Part shown: positions 1-8,710 of the stretch, in pieces | Layout: each line of letters opens with the position of its first letter | Position numbering within the stretch: the first letter of the stretch is position 1 | From: Pseudomonadota bacterium | Lineage (GTDB): Bacteria > Desulfobacterota > Desulfobacteria > Desulfobacterales > JBDRRP01 | Length of the DNA stretch: 20,000 nt | Direction of reading: 5' to 3' | Assembly: GCA_043825735.1 (NCBI GenBank) | Contig: JBDRRP010000009.1 | Location: forward strand, 106,686 to 126,685 | Notes under the pieces: model-generated | What the model saw: only the letters and a program-made list of their open reading frames with translations | Told to the model about the DNA's origin: nothing | The model's database searches: none | Translations under genes and position numbers: made by a program

Positions 1-2
1 GC

Positions 3-836
3 ATCATCGGCTCCCTGTTCGGATTCGAGGGCTTCGTAAACATCCCCGAAGGGGAGGCGCGCGGCGTGATTCACCTACGCAGCGACGCCCGCCAGACGCG
101 GCAATTGGATTTCGAAATCCGCTGCGATGATTTCGATGTGAGCTTTTACGACACCGGCCAGCCCAAAGAATACCGTTCGGATCTGACGCTGCTTAAAAAC
201 GGCGTGCCGGTATTCCAGAAGCGCATTGTGGTCAACGATCCGATCCGTTTCGAAGGCGTCAACCTTTTCCAGTCCAGCTACGGCCAGATTCCCGGCGATA
301 CCTTGGTTCTTGGCTTTACCAGCAATGAGACCGGAATGACCTACCGGGAAAAGGTCCAGGTGGGTGGTGAGGTGACGCTCCAGGAGAATCTTGGCACATT
401 TCGCCTGATCGGGTTCAACGAGGAGGCGAATTTCAAGGGACACCCTATCGGACCGGCGTTCACCGGTGAAATCAGTTCGCCAGGGGCGGACCCTCAAGCG
501 GTGTTGCTCCCGGTGCGGTTTCCCGGCTTTGACCGGATGCGCCAGGGGGCTGTCACCGTATCGATCGTCGAGCAGGGGGAGCGCTACTATACCGGACTTC
601 AGGTGACGCGGGATCCCGGGGTGTGGGTCGTTTACGCAGGGTTTGTCATGATGATTCTGGGCTGCGTGGTGACCTTTTTCATGTCTCACCAGCAGATGTG
701 CATTGCCATCACCGACACCGAAGATGGGGTGGAGGTCATGGTGGGCGGCATTTCCAATAAAAACCCATTCGGCATCTATCGGAAAGTGGAGCGGATCGTT
801 GAAGCACTCGACCGCGATCCGGCAGCATCGGTATGA
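3..836 (+). CDS. resB: Cytochrome c biogenesis protein ResB/Ccs1 (System II), 5' end outside window
   Basis: Frame is open from position 3 (IIGSLFGFEGFVNIPEG...). Contains ResB-like motifs 'EYRSDLTL', 'IVVNDPIRFEGVNLFQSSYG' and C-terminal 'YTGLQVTRDPGVWVVYAGF' plus TM helix; directly upstream of ccsA/resC. Confidence 0.9.
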   Translation: MIGSLFGFEGFVNIPEGEARGVIHLRSDARQTRQLDFEIRCDDFDVSFYDTGQPKEYRSDLTLLKNGVPVFQKRIVVNDPIRFEGVNLFQSSYGQIPGDTLVLGFTSNETGMTYREKVQVGGEVTLQENLGTFRLIGFNEEANFKGHPIGPAFTGEISSPGADPQAVLLPVRFPGFDRMRQGAVTVSIVEQGERYYTGLQVTRDPGVWVVYAGFVMMILGCVVTFFMSHQQMCIAITDTEDGVEVMVGGISNKNPFGIYRKVERIVEALDRDPAASV

Positions 837-888
837 TAGAAGCCGGCATTTCGGGGTCGTTTGACCGCCGGGACGAGGCAGCAAGACC

Positions 889-1734
889 ATGAACAGCTCA
901 CTGATATTGTCCGTCGTCACTTTCATTTACGGGGCCGCCGCGTTTTTGTACATTGCCATGTGGGTGTTCAAGAAACCGGTCATCGGAAAGGTTGCCACAT
1001 GGACATCCGTGGCCGCTGTTGCCGGTAATGCCGCCGGGTTGCTGTTGCGGTGGTCCGAATCGTACACGATGGGCATCGGTCACGCCCCGCTTTCAAACCT
1101 CTATGAATCACTGTCGTTTTTCGCGTTCACCATCGCCACCATTTATATGATCGTAGAAATACGACTGCGCACCCGTATCATGGGGGCATTTACCATGCCG
1201 CTCGCGTTTCTCGCCATGGCATACGCATCGCTGTCTCCCAATATCAGCGATCGGATTCAGCCGCTCATTCCCGCGCTTAAAAGCAACTGGCTCATCGCTC
1301 ACGTCATGACCTGCTTTGTCGGGTATTCCGCCTTCGCCATCGCCTTCGGCATCAGTTGGATGTATCTGGCCAAACTGCGCTATCAGGACACTCAAAACGG
1401 CCTTTTCGGGAGACTCCCGGTCTCCGGCCTCCTCGATGAGCTGAATTACCAGTTGGTGGTTTTCGGGTTTTTGTTTCTCACCGCAGGGATCATCACCGGT
1501 GCCGTCTGGGCCAATTCCGCCTGGGGGCGCTACTGGGGCTGGGACCCCAAGGAGACCTGGTCGCTGATCACCTGGTTCGTCTACGCAACGCTCTTGCACG
1601 CAAAGCTCATGCGCGGCTGGAGCGGGCGACGTGTCGCCTACCTCACCATTCTCGGATTCATGGCTGTTTTGTTTACCTATTTCGGCGTCAATCTTCTCCC
1701 CGGACTGCACAGTTACGGCGCTATCGCCAGATGA
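889..1734 (+). CDS. ccsA: Cytochrome c biogenesis heme-handling membrane protein CcsA/ResC
   Basis: Multi-TM protein with WWD signature 'WANSAWGRYWGWDPKETW', plus 'GHAPLSNLYES', 'PALKSNWLIAHV' and C-terminal 'GLHSYG'. Confidence 0.95.
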   Translation: MNSSLILSVVTFIYGAAAFLYIAMWVFKKPVIGKVATWTSVAAVAGNAAGLLLRWSESYTMGIGHAPLSNLYESLSFFAFTIATIYMIVEIRLRTRIMGAFTMPLAFLAMAYASLSPNISDRIQPLIPALKSNWLIAHVMTCFVGYSAFAIAFGISWMYLAKLRYQDTQNGLFGRLPVSGLLDELNYQLVVFGFLFLTAGIITGAVWANSAWGRYWGWDPKETWSLITWFVYATLLHAKLMRGWSGRRVAYLTILGFMAVLFTYFGVNLLPGLHSYGAIAR

Positions 1735-1737
1735 TTT

Positions 1738-1772
1738 CCCCCTTGACAAAAGGGGGCACCTCACGGTAATGA
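1738..1772 (+). promoter_or_regulatory. Putative sigma70-type promoter for the qrc operon, overlapping a short inverted repeat
   Basis: Perfect TTGACA at 1743-1748 and a weak -10 (GGTAAT/TAATGA) at about 1765-1772. The -35 overlaps the left arm and loop of CCCCCTT(1738-1744)/AAGGGGG(1750-1756). Confidence 0.45.
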
Positions 1773-1964
1773 ACCGCAAATTATTTTCCCGTCAAACGGC
1801 GCATCCCCAGGGTTCTGAGAGAAAATAGGGGGCAGTAACCTCTCAAAGACCAGTGTTCACGGGGAGAGGCCTTTTGTCTTTCCACCCACACCGCGGGTGG
1901 AAGGGCTTTCAATTCGGATTTTTAGAAGCCGAAACCACCATCTTATCACCGTGACGGAGTGCCC

Positions 1965-2627
1965 ATGAGTACCGCAGACGAAAAAGCGCATGCCGAGCCC
2001 GCGGATGCCGCCGATGACGCCGGTGGCCCCATCATCCTGTTTTTTCTCCTAGGACTTGCCCTCAGCATGGTGCTGGGGTGGGTCATTTTCCCCAAGTTGC
2101 TTTACTCCCAGAAGACACAGCCCGTCGATTTTAACCACAAGCTCCATGTGGGAGAGGTCGATGACGGGTGTCAGAGCTGTCATTATATCCGGGAGGACGG
2201 CACTTTTTCCGGCGTTCCTAAACTGGATAATTGCCTCAATTGCCACGAGGATCTCATCGGAGAGACGGAAGAAGAAGAAAAGTTTCACTCCGATTTCGTA
2301 GCTAAAGGTCGGGAGGTCCCCTGGTTGATCTATTCACGCCAACCCGACTGCGTGTTCTTCTCTCATGTTGCACACGTGAAGATGGGGAAAATGGATTGTG
2401 TTTCCTGCCACGGCGAGATCGGCGAATCCGAGCACACGCGCGTTTACGAAGAGAATCGTATCACCGGGGTCAGTCGGGACATCTGGGGCCGTAACATTGC
2501 AGGTATGAAGAAGTACTCCTGGGATAGCATGAAGATGGCTGACTGCTCGGAATGCCACGTGGCCAACAATGTCAAGCAAAACAGTGTTCAAACCCACAAG
2601 GGCGCCTGTTTCGTGTGCCACAAGTAG
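1965..2627 (+). CDS. qrcA: Menaquinone reductase multiheme cytochrome c subunit QrcA (membrane-anchored, five heme motifs)
   Basis: N-terminal TM anchor; five CxxCH motifs (CQSCH, CLNCH, CVSCH, CSECH, CFVCH); 'QPVDFNHKLH' and 'YSRQPDCVFFSH'. GGAG RBS at 1956-1959 favours the ATG at 1965. Confidence 0.92.
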   Translation: MSTADEKAHAEPADAADDAGGPIILFFLLGLALSMVLGWVIFPKLLYSQKTQPVDFNHKLHVGEVDDGCQSCHYIREDGTFSGVPKLDNCLNCHEDLIGETEEEEKFHSDFVAKGREVPWLIYSRQPDCVFFSHVAHVKMGKMDCVSCHGEIGESEHTRVYEENRITGVSRDIWGRNIAGMKKYSWDSMKMADCSECHVANNVKQNSVQTHKGACFVCHK

Positions 2628-2704
2628 CCCGGATTCGCAGTTGATGAACGAACTGATCGGCCGATTGCCGAAATTCATAAGAGGTTAACCTGAGGGGTAC
2701 TTCA

Positions 2705-4867
2705 ATGAAAATAGACAGAAGAAGTTTCTTGTCATTTGTGATCGGCGGTGCGGCGGGAACCGCCCTTTCCCCCCTGCCCTGGAAACTGACGGACGACAGC
2801 TCTATTTGGTCTCAAAACTGGCCCTGGACGCCGGTGCCTCAGGATGGCGAATATACAGTTACCAACACGGTGTGCACCCTTTGCCCCGGGGGCTGCGGTA
2901 TCTCTGTGAGAAAAGTCGATGACCGTGCCGTCAAGATCGAAGGCATCCCCGGTCATCCCATCAACGACGGCGGCATCTGCATTCTCGGCCTCTCCGGTCT
3001 GCAACTGCTCTACGGGCCGACCCGAATCAGCGCACCGATGAAGCGCGTGGGCGTGCGGGGGGGCGGTGAGTGGCAGGAGATTTCCTGGGAAGAGGCCATT
3101 CAAAGCCTGGCAGAAAAGCTGACCGACATTCGCAGTGGCGGCAATCCGCACCATGTGGCCTGCATGGCCGGCTCCGGCCGGGGTACCACCTACCGTCTGA
3201 TGGACCGGTTTCTGCAGGCCTACGGATCCCCCAATTTCATACGCATACCCAGCCTGGATGACTCCCTCGAACTGGCCATTTACCGCACAATGGGCAATGT
3301 CGCCACAGCGGGTTTCGATGTCGAAAACGCCGACTTTGTCGTCAGCTTCGGCGCCGGCCTCATCGAAGGCTGGGGCTCACCGGTGCGGATGTTCCGCGCC
3401 AAGAGTCAGTGGACGGATTCCGGCGCGCGGTTGGTTCAGATCGATTCGCGCCTGTCCATCACGGCCGCCAAATCAGACAAATGGGTGCCCATCAATCCGG
3501 GCACGGAAATGGCCCTGGCCCTGGGTCTGGCCCATGTCATTTTGAAGGAGGCGCTCTACCGCTTCGATCCGACCCGTTTTGATGACGCCAGTTTTAACGC
3601 CTTTCAGCGCAATGTGCTCGCCAATTACGGCCCGGAAAAGGTCGCAGCCGTAACCGGAACCGACCCGTCCACCATTATTTCCCTGGCCAGAGCCTTTGCC
3701 CGGGCCAAGCGACCGCTGGCCCTTTGCGGCAGGGGGCAAGGCCGTACGCCCATTGCGGTCGGAGAAGCTATGGCGGTGCTTGCCCTCAACGCCCTGGTGG
3801 GTGGCCTCGGCCGCGAAGGCGGCATGGTCCCCGTGCCGGACATGGATTACATCCAGTGGCCGGACCCGGAAATGGACGCCGTGGCGTCGGCCGGTCAGCA
3901 GGCCGGTCGCATCGACGGTGCCGATACCGATGCCCGGTGCATTGCCCATCGGATTTCCAAGGGAACTTACGGCCTTGAGGTCTTGATGGTCGCCGGTGCC
4001 AACCCGCTGTATTCCCTGCCCGACACGGCGGCAATGAAGCGTGCGCTGGCAGACATCCCCTTGATCGTGAGTTTTTCCTCCTACATGGATGAGACCGCCG
4101 CGTTTGCGGATCTGCTGCTTCCCAATCATCACTATCTTGAACGCTTTGAAGATGTTCCCACCCCGGCAGGGTTTCCCCGTCAGATGCTGTCACTGGCCAA
4201 ACCGGTGGTGGCGCCCCTGTACAACACACGGCACACTGGCGATGTCATGATCGGCCTGGCCAACGCCATGGGTGAGCCCATCGCGGGCGCCTTTCCCTGG
4301 GGCGATTATCAGAGCTGCCTTGCTGAAACACTCGGTGATGCCTTCGATACACTTCTTGAATCGGTCACCATGGTCGAAGAGGGCCTTCCCGAGATGGCTA
4401 TTGAAACCGATTCCGGCCACATCGAACTGCCGAGCGGAGCGTTCACAGCGGTGGCGGCAGCCGGTGATGCCAAACAGTTCCCCCTGATTTTGCTCCCCTA
4501 CGATTCCATGCGACTGGCCAGCGGTTACATCGGAGATCCACCCTTCATGGTAAAGACTGTCGAAGACACCGTGCTCAAGGGACAAGACGTTTTCGTGGAC
4601 ATCAATCCGCAGACGGCCGGCAAGCTTGGTTTCAAGGACGGCGCCCGCGCCACCCTGACCACCCCCGTTGGCAAGGCTCCTGTGCGGATCCACCTGTCCG
4701 AGGGGATCATGCCCGGTGTGGTGGCCATGCCGCGCGGGTTGGGTCATACGGCCTATGACGATTACCTGGCCGGCAAAGGCCAGAACTTCAATGATCTGAT
4801 CGGCCCGGTCGAGGACCCGTCTTCCGGCCTCGATGCTGCCTGGGGAATCCGCGCGCAGCTCAGCTAA
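2705..4867 (+). CDS. qrcB: Menaquinone reductase molybdopterin-oxidoreductase-like subunit QrcB
   Basis: Twin-arginine signal 'DRRSFL'; 'PWKLTDDSSIWSQNWPW' N-terminal motif; Fe-S motif CTLCPGGC...C; DMSO-reductase-family features; lies between qrcA and qrcC. Confidence 0.92.
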   Translation: MKIDRRSFLSFVIGGAAGTALSPLPWKLTDDSSIWSQNWPWTPVPQDGEYTVTNTVCTLCPGGCGISVRKVDDRAVKIEGIPGHPINDGGICILGLSGLQLLYGPTRISAPMKRVGVRGGGEWQEISWEEAIQSLAEKLTDIRSGGNPHHVACMAGSGRGTTYRLMDRFLQAYGSPNFIRIPSLDDSLELAIYRTMGNVATAGFDVENADFVVSFGAGLIEGWGSPVRMFRAKSQWTDSGARLVQIDSRLSITAAKSDKWVPINPGTEMALALGLAHVILKEALYRFDPTRFDDASFNAFQRNVLANYGPEKVAAVTGTDPSTIISLARAFARAKRPLALCGRGQGRTPIAVGEAMAVLALNALVGGLGREGGMVPVPDMDYIQWPDPEMDAVASAGQQAGRIDGADTDARCIAHRISKGTYGLEVLMVAGANPLYSLPDTAAMKRALADIPLIVSFSSYMDETAAFADLLLPNHHYLERFEDVPTPAGFPRQMLSLAKPVVAPLYNTRHTGDVMIGLANAMGEPIAGAFPWGDYQSCLAETLGDAFDTLLESVTMVEEGLPEMAIETDSGHIELPSGAFTAVAAAGDAKQFPLILLPYDSMRLASGYIGDPPFMVKTVEDTVLKGQDVFVDINPQTAGKLGFKDGARATLTTPVGKAPVRIHLSEGIMPGVVAMPRGLGHTAYDDYLAGKGQNFNDLIGPVEDPSSGLDAAWGIRAQLS

Positions 4868-4891
4868 GATTACATCTGACAAGGGGTTTCG

Positions 4892-5707
4892 ATGAAAAAA
4901 GGACACTCAAACGCCAAGAAGTACGGGATGGTCATCGATCTGGACAAGTGTACCGGCTGCGGCGCCTGCATGGTGGCATGCATGTCGGAAAACAATGTGT
5001 CGTTCAAGAAAGATGAATCAGACAAGTTGACCAGTATCACCTGGATGAAAGTTTTTCGGATCGGCAACGGCAAGCACTTTCCGGACGCCGACTATATCTT
5101 TCTTCCAAGACCGTGCATGCACTGTGAGGGCAGTCACGGACATTCACCGTGTGTCTCCGTATGCCCGGCCACTGCTACCGATTACAGCCAGGAGACCGGG
5201 CATGTCAGCCAGATCTACACCCGGTGCTTTGGCTGCCGCTACTGCATGGGGGCCTGCCCTTACCATGCCCGGTACTTCAACTGGTACGATCCGGTCTGGC
5301 CCGAGGGGATGGAACGCTATCTCAGCCCCAACGTGTCGCCGCGTATGCGCGGTATCGTCGAAAAGTGCAGCTTCTGTTTTCACCGCTACCAGCTGGCCAT
5401 GGAAAAGGCATTTGTCGAAGAACGCAGAGAACTCGAAGAAGGCGAATACCAGACGGCCTGCACTCAGGCTTGTCCGGCGGGCGCTATCACTTTCGGCGAT
5501 CTTAACAACCCCGACCACGCGGTGCACCAGATCGCGCAGCCCGATGCGGCCCACGGCGGCCGCCCCGGGAATCCGAAGGCGTTTCGTTTGCTGGAGGAAC
5601 TGGGGACCAACCCAAAAGTCTATTATTTGTCCAGCCGAGACTGGGTACTGAAAATGGGCGCCGATTTCATCGGAAAGAAGGGCGGCGCTGCTGGCGGTGG
5701 CCACTGA
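4892..5707 (+). CDS. qrcC: Menaquinone reductase iron-sulfur subunit QrcC (four-cluster, NrfC-like)
   Basis: Four Cys groups: CTGCGACMVAC, CMHC...PCVSVCP, CFGCRYCMGACP, CSFC...ACTQACP; C-terminal 'LGTNPKVYYL'. Confidence 0.93.
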   Translation: MKKGHSNAKKYGMVIDLDKCTGCGACMVACMSENNVSFKKDESDKLTSITWMKVFRIGNGKHFPDADYIFLPRPCMHCEGSHGHSPCVSVCPATATDYSQETGHVSQIYTRCFGCRYCMGACPYHARYFNWYDPVWPEGMERYLSPNVSPRMRGIVEKCSFCFHRYQLAMEKAFVEERRELEEGEYQTACTQACPAGAITFGDLNNPDHAVHQIAQPDAAHGGRPGNPKAFRLLEELGTNPKVYYLSSRDWVLKMGADFIGKKGGAAGGGH

Positions 5708-5770
5708 TAAGGCACCGACTCATGGTGATACCGACAACCGCAACCGCACAGAATTAGGAGCACAGCACTT

Positions 5771-7063
5771 ATGGATTCTGCATTAATTCCCAAGGGAGTC
5801 AAACGATGCCCCACCTGGCAGTTTGCGCTGTGGATTGGCGCCGTGGGGGCCGTTCTGCTGTGGGGTGTCTATGCCATGCTGCTCTGCTGGTTCAAGGGCC
5901 TCAACCAGACCAACATGAACGACTACTACGGCTTCGCCCTGTGGATCTGGGCCGATCTGGCCGTCATCGCACTGGGCGGCGGCGCGTTTTTTTCGGGGCT
6001 TTTGAAGTATATCATCGGAAAAGACGATCTCAAGCACATCATCAATTTCGCCGTTCTGATCGGGTTCATCTGTTACAGTTCGGCACTGCTCATCCTGGCC
6101 ATTGACATCGGTCAGCCGCTCCGGGGGTGGTTCATCTTCTGGCATGCCAATGTGCACTCCATGCTTACCGAGGTGGCATTCTGCCTGAGCTGCTACTTTG
6201 GTGTGCTGACCATCGAGTACATCCCGCTGATTCTGGAAAACCGGCAGGTCGACAAGATCCCTTTTTTCCACAACCTCAGCCACAACATGCACGAAGTCAT
6301 GGCTGTTTTCGCCGCCACCGGCGCATTCCTGAGCTTTTTCCATCAGGGATCCCTCGGCGGCGTGGCCGGTGTGCTCTTCGGAAGGCCCTTTGCCTGGCGT
6401 GAACACTTCTTTATCTGGCCCACCACCTTTTTCCTCTTCACCTGGTCGGCTGCGGCCTACGGTCCCTGCTTTACCATTGCACTCGTGAAGTTGACCGAAA
6501 AGATTACGGGCAAAAAGCTCGTCAAAGACACCGCCGTTCATCTGCTGGCCAAGATTTCGGGCTGGATGATCCTCACCTACAGTATCGCCAAGTCGGTCGA
6601 CACCCTCTACTGGGCCACACAGACCGATGTCATGGCGTTTTACGCCAACAACCCGCTGTACAAGATCCCGATGCTCTTTTTCGAAATCGTCATCTGTGGT
6701 TTTGTCCCGGGCATCATGCTGATCACCGGCAAGGTGCGGCAGATGGAAAAACTGCTGGTGACGGCAACCGTGCTGGGCATCATCGGCGTCAGCCTCAACC
6801 GTTGGGTTATGGTGCTTCAGGTCATGGCTGTGCCCATCATGCCCTTTGACCAGTGGGCCATGTACATCCCGAGCTGGCAGGAAATCGCGACCACTGTCTT
6901 GCCGGTCGCTTATGGCGTGATCCTGGTCTCTTTGTCCTACCGGTACCTACCGGTGTTTCCGGATGAAGCCGAATTGAACCCCATCGCGACTGCAGCGCCC
7001 GCTGCCGGGGACGCGTCTGAAGACGCCGCCACCGGTGCCGATCTGCAGCCGGCCGAAGCCTAA
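5771..7063 (+). CDS. qrcD: Menaquinone reductase integral membrane subunit QrcD (NrfD/PsrC family)
   Basis: Polytopic membrane protein with 'GLNQTNMND', 'DIGQPLRGWFIFWHANVHSMLTEV', 'FLSFFHQGSLGG' and 'YIPSWQE'; AGGAG RBS upstream. Confidence 0.93.
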   Translation: MDSALIPKGVKRCPTWQFALWIGAVGAVLLWGVYAMLLCWFKGLNQTNMNDYYGFALWIWADLAVIALGGGAFFSGLLKYIIGKDDLKHIINFAVLIGFICYSSALLILAIDIGQPLRGWFIFWHANVHSMLTEVAFCLSCYFGVLTIEYIPLILENRQVDKIPFFHNLSHNMHEVMAVFAATGAFLSFFHQGSLGGVAGVLFGRPFAWREHFFIWPTTFFLFTWSAAAYGPCFTIALVKLTEKITGKKLVKDTAVHLLAKISGWMILTYSIAKSVDTLYWATQTDVMAFYANNPLYKIPMLFFEIVICGFVPGIMLITGKVRQMEKLLVTATVLGIIGVSLNRWVMVLQVMAVPIMPFDQWAMYIPSWQEIATTVLPVAYGVILVSLSYRYLPVFPDEAELNPIATAAPAAGDASEDAATGADLQPAEA

Positions 7064-7083
7064 ACCGCACAAGGAGGATTCGC

Positions 7084-7245
7084 ATGTTTCCCTTTAATTT
7101 TGAATGGATCTGGGACATGTCCCATCTCATATTCATGGGCGGACTGTGGTATGCCATCTCCATCCTTGGCATGGGAATGACCTACTGCATCCTCAAGGCC
7201 GGATGGGACGCCTCGCAAGGGCACGGCGGCGGCCACCACCATTAG
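7084..7245 (+). CDS. Small single-TM protein, 53 aa, His-rich C-terminus; candidate Qrc-associated subunit
   Basis: Manual translation: MFPFNFEWIWDMSHLIFMGGLWYAISILGMGMTYCILKAGWDASQGHGGGHHH*. AAGGAGG RBS at 7071-7077 with 6-nt spacing; starts 20 nt after the qrcD stop and ends just before the terminator. Absent from the ORF track, presumably below its length cutoff. Confidence 0.85.
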   Translation: MFPFNFEWIWDMSHLIFMGGLWYAISILGMGMTYCILKAGWDASQGHGGGHHH

Positions 7246-7271
7246 CCCCAGCTGCCTGTCATGACCAAACG

Positions 7272-7306
7272 GCGCCGCCCCAGCGATTTGGGCGGCGCTT
7301 TTTTTT
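7272..7306 (+). terminator. Rho-independent terminator of the qrc operon
   Basis: GCGCCGCCC(7272-7280) / GGGCGGCGC(7290-7298) 9-bp GC stem followed by T8. Confidence 0.9.
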
Positions 7307-7320
7307 GAAGGCCGTAGCGC

Positions 7321-8574
7321 ATGGATCGGATTGTTATCGAAGGCGGGCGGCCGTTGAACGGCATCGCCGTGGTCGGCGGCTCCAAGAACGCGGCGCTGCC
7401 CATTCTGGTGGCGGCGCTGCTGGTGGATGGTGAGGTGACATTTGCCAATGTTCCCCGCCTGCACGATATTCGAAGCACCTGTGATCTTCTGGCCCATCTG
7501 GGCTGCCGGATATCGGTGGCCGGCGATCGTGTCAGCATCGATGCCGCCGGTCTGCACTGCCACGAAGCCCCCTATGACCTGGTGAGAAAGATGCGGGCCT
7601 CCATTCTGGTTCTGGGGCCCTTGCTGGCACGGTTGAAGCGTGCCAGGGTATCGCTGCCGGGGGGGTGTGCCATCGGTGCCCGGCCCATCAACCTTCACCT
7701 TGAAGGGATGAAGCGGCTGGGGGCCGCCATCGAGCTGCAACATGGTTATGTGGTGGCCTCCGCCAAACACCTCACCGGCGGCGACGTTTATTTCGATACG
7801 GCAACGGTGGGAGGGACCGAAAACCTCATGATGGCAGCCGTGCTGGCGGAAGGGGTCACGGTGCTCAAAAATGCCGCCAGGGAGCCGGAGATCAGTGCGC
7901 TTGCCGATGCATTGAACCAGATGGGCGCAGACGTCAGCGGGGCCGGCACATCGACCATCACCATCCGTGGCGTTGACCGTTTGAGGCCTGCCGAGATTCG
8001 CATCATTCCGGACCGCATCGAGTGCGGTACCCTGATGGTCGCTGCCGCCCTGACCGGTGGTGATGTGACCGTAGTGAACTGCGTGCCCGCGCATCTGGAC
8101 GCAGTGACCGAGAAATTGCGGGCCATGGGGGCATCGGTGACAACGGGAACCGAGGATATCCGGGTACAAGTACGCGGCGGCCTGCACCCGGCTGATATCC
8201 GGACCCTTCCTTTTCCGGGATTTCCCACCGACATGCAGGCCCAGTTCATGGTCCTGGCGTCGATCGCCGATGGCCAGAGCATCATCACGGAAACCATTTT
8301 CGAGAACCGCTTTATCCATGTCAGCGAACTGCGCCGGATGGGCGCCGATATCACTGTTACCGGAAACACCGCCATGGTCCGCGGCGTTAAGACCCTGTCT
8401 GGGGCTCCGGTCATGGCCTCGGATTTGAGGGCCAGCGCCTCCTTGATTCTGGCCGGCCTGGTCGCTGCCGGCCAGACCGTGGTCAGCCGGGTCTACCATC
8501 TTGACCGCGGATATGAGAAACTCGAAGAAAAACTGTCCAAGCTGGGTGCGATCATTCGCAGAGAGAAAGCATGA
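7321..8574 (+). CDS. murA: UDP-N-acetylglucosamine 1-carboxyvinyltransferase
   Basis: Motifs 'GSKNAALP', '[18 protein letters not shown]', '[12 protein letters not shown]' (active-site Cys retained), '[11 protein letters not shown]', 'ETIFENRF', 'YHLDRGYE'; 417 aa. Confidence 0.98.
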   Translation: MDRIVIEGGRPLNGIAVVGGSKNAALPILVAALLVDGEVTFANVPRLHDIRSTCDLLAHLGCRISVAGDRVSIDAAGLHCHEAPYDLVRKMRASILVLGPLLARLKRARVSLPGGCAIGARPINLHLEGMKRLGAAIELQHGYVVASAKHLTGGDVYFDTATVGGTENLMMAAVLAEGVTVLKNAAREPEISALADALNQMGADVSGAGTSTITIRGVDRLRPAEIRIIPDRIECGTLMVAAALTGGDVTVVNCVPAHLDAVTEKLRAMGASVTTGTEDIRVQVRGGLHPADIRTLPFPGFPTDMQAQFMVLASIADGQSIITETIFENRFIHVSELRRMGADITVTGNTAMVRGVKTLSGAPVMASDLRASASLILAGLVAAGQTVVSRVYHLDRGYEKLEEKLSKLGAIIRREKA

Positions 8575-8626
8575 ACAGCGCTTGCTCAATACTCAATTTG
8601 ATTTTACCCCCTGGCACTGCGTTGGA

Positions 8627-8710
8627 ACCACGAAGACCACGAAGTGCACGAAGAAAAACCAAGGCAATAGCAAGTTAAAAAAACTTCATGTCCTTCGTGA
8701 ACTTCGTGGT
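8627..8710. repeat. Palindromic element of 9-bp-periodic CACGAAG x3 / CTTC(G/A)TG x3 arms
   Basis: ACCACGAAGACCACGAAGTGCACGAAG (8627-8653), 30-bp A-rich spacer, then CTTCATGTCCTTCGTGAACTTCGTGGT (8684-8710). Confidence 0.85.

Noticed and set aside
1790..1870. Possible c-di-GMP-I or other known riboswitch upstream of qrcA
   Set aside because: Lacks the GCAAAC...GAAA...GACGCAAA core arrangement; kept only as an unassigned structured leader.
7104..7433. 109-aa plus-strand ORF between qrcD and murA
   Set aside because: Crosses the terminator, overlaps murA out of frame and has no SD; the 7084-7245 frame has the RBS and TM character.
7060..8589. 509-aa minus-strand ORF
   Set aside because: Antisense shadow of murA, expected in GC-rich coding DNA; no recognisable motifs.
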